From: Octopus sinensis
Taxonomy: Eukaryota
Direction: 5' to 3'
NCBI RefSeq assembly: GCF_006345805.1
Contig: NC_043000.1
Span: 34,348,001 to 34,412,000 of the forward strand
Length of the DNA stretch: 64,000 nt
Below, one piece after another: positions 62,714 to 64,000 of this stretch; the first letter of the stretch is position 1; each line of letters begins with the position of its first letter. The notes beneath the pieces were generated by a model. It saw only the letters and a program-made list of their open reading frames with translations. It was not told the DNA's origin and made no database searches. The translations under genes were made by a program, and so were the position numbers.

Positions 62714-63262
62714 GAGTGAGAGAGCAGTTCATGCCATCAAAGTGACACTGGGGTAAAATATACGAAGCCCAATATACCCATCATGACTACCCGTCTGATA
62801 AAGGTACACCAGGCACATGCATCACAACCATATGTGCGCGACATGGTGATCTCATATCAAGATAAACAGCACATGACCTTGCAGGTGGGGCCCAGTTAGA
62901 ATTTTCTTCAGGTTGAGTAGCCCATCCCGCTCAAACGGTCCCTGAATAAGGGTTGTTTAAGGATGTTGAAAGAACCACCCATGTTTCCAGAGGTGAACTA
63001 TTCAAACCCCAAGAATCCCTCTCAACATGGCTATGATGCTCCACCACTACTTCTGCTCGTGATCAGAGATGCACATATCGTCAGCTACTAAGGGACATGC
63101 TCAACTGGTTAAGGTCAAACAACTGACAAGCAAATCTGTGGTATTGAGCAGAATATTTGCTGTAGCCCATCTTTTATACCAAGACAAAACAATGTACATG
63201 AACACTTCCAATCAGTTAAGATCAGAAGCCATGAGAGCCACTGCCTGGTACTGCATCAGGGC
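62714..63262 (-). mobile_element. ~550-bp non-coding retroposon-like repeat in (TAA)n
   Basis: Both ends abut TAT/TAA tracts; homologous to 63431-63900 (inverted) and to 15342-15500. Confidence 0.65.
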
Positions 63263-63270
63263 TATTATTA

Positions 63271-63311
<41 letters not shown>

Positions 63312-63342
63312 TATTATTATTATTACTATCATCATCATTATA

Positions 63343-63421
<79 letters not shown>

Positions 63422-63430
63422 ACAACAACA

Positions 63431-63900
63431 ATGTACATGATTTGTCTTGGTATAAAAGATAGGCTACAGCAAATATTCTGCTCAGTACCACAGATTTGTT
63501 TGTCAGTTGTTTGACATTAACCAATTGAGCATGTACCTTTGTAACTGACGATATGGGCGTCTCTGATCATGAGCAGAAGTAGTGAGGGAGCATCATAGCC
63601 ATGTGTTGAGAGGAATTCTTTGGGGGTTGGATAATTCCTTTTTGGAAAAATGGGTGTTTCGCTCAATATCCTTAAACATCCCTTATTCAGGGACCTTTTG
63701 AGCGGGATGAGCTACTCGACCTGAAAAAATTCTAACTGGGTCCACCTGTAATAGCATGCGCTGGTTTACCTTGATATGAGATCCCCATATCGCGCACAAG
63801 TGTCTGTGATGCATGTGCCTGATGTACTCTTATCAAGCGGGTAGTCATGATGGGTATATTAGGCCAGTGTCACTTTGATGGCAGAACTGCTCTCTCACTC
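63431..63900 (+). mobile_element. second, diverged and truncated copy of the same repeat, inverted
   Basis: Reverse complement of 62714-63200, ending CTGCTCTCTCACTC. Confidence 0.65.
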
Positions 63901-64000
63901 AATTATAAAAATGGCAATAATCCTTTTTACTATAGGCACAAGGCATAGAATTTTGATGATGATGATGATGATGACGACGATAAAAGATTAGCTAGAAATA

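Overview
AT-rich, microsatellite-saturated animal genomic DNA. The SINE families and repeat landscape resemble an octopod cephalopod genome (inference, not verified). No host protein-coding gene can be assembled; most short ORFs in the track are microsatellite artefacts. The window is a transposon landscape of mariner/Tc1/rosa, piggyBac, hAT, Mutator-like and Helitron elements, CR1, RTE, R4/Dong, Penelope-like and Gypsy remnants, and several SINE families. The centrepiece is a head-to-tail pair of full-length L1/Tx1-clade retrotransposons (30629-35838, 35852-41030) separated and flanked by three identical copies of the 13-bp sequence CAACTGAATACTC, which suggests repeated insertion at one site. 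On the minus strand the empty site reads ATG|GTGAGT, a consensus 5' splice donor closing a ~45-50 nt exon-like segment. The insertions leave that donor intact and lie antisense in the putative intron. Both elements start with a sequence resembling the downstream target half but lacking the donor GT. The two copies have divergent 5'UTR/ORF1 but near-identical ORF2, and their 3' tail is shared with an abundant tRNA-derived SINE in this window. Also present: a canonical hammerhead ribozyme inside a terminally redundant 582-bp unit, two hammerheads with a U3-A8 core variant, and several long inverted-repeat structures.
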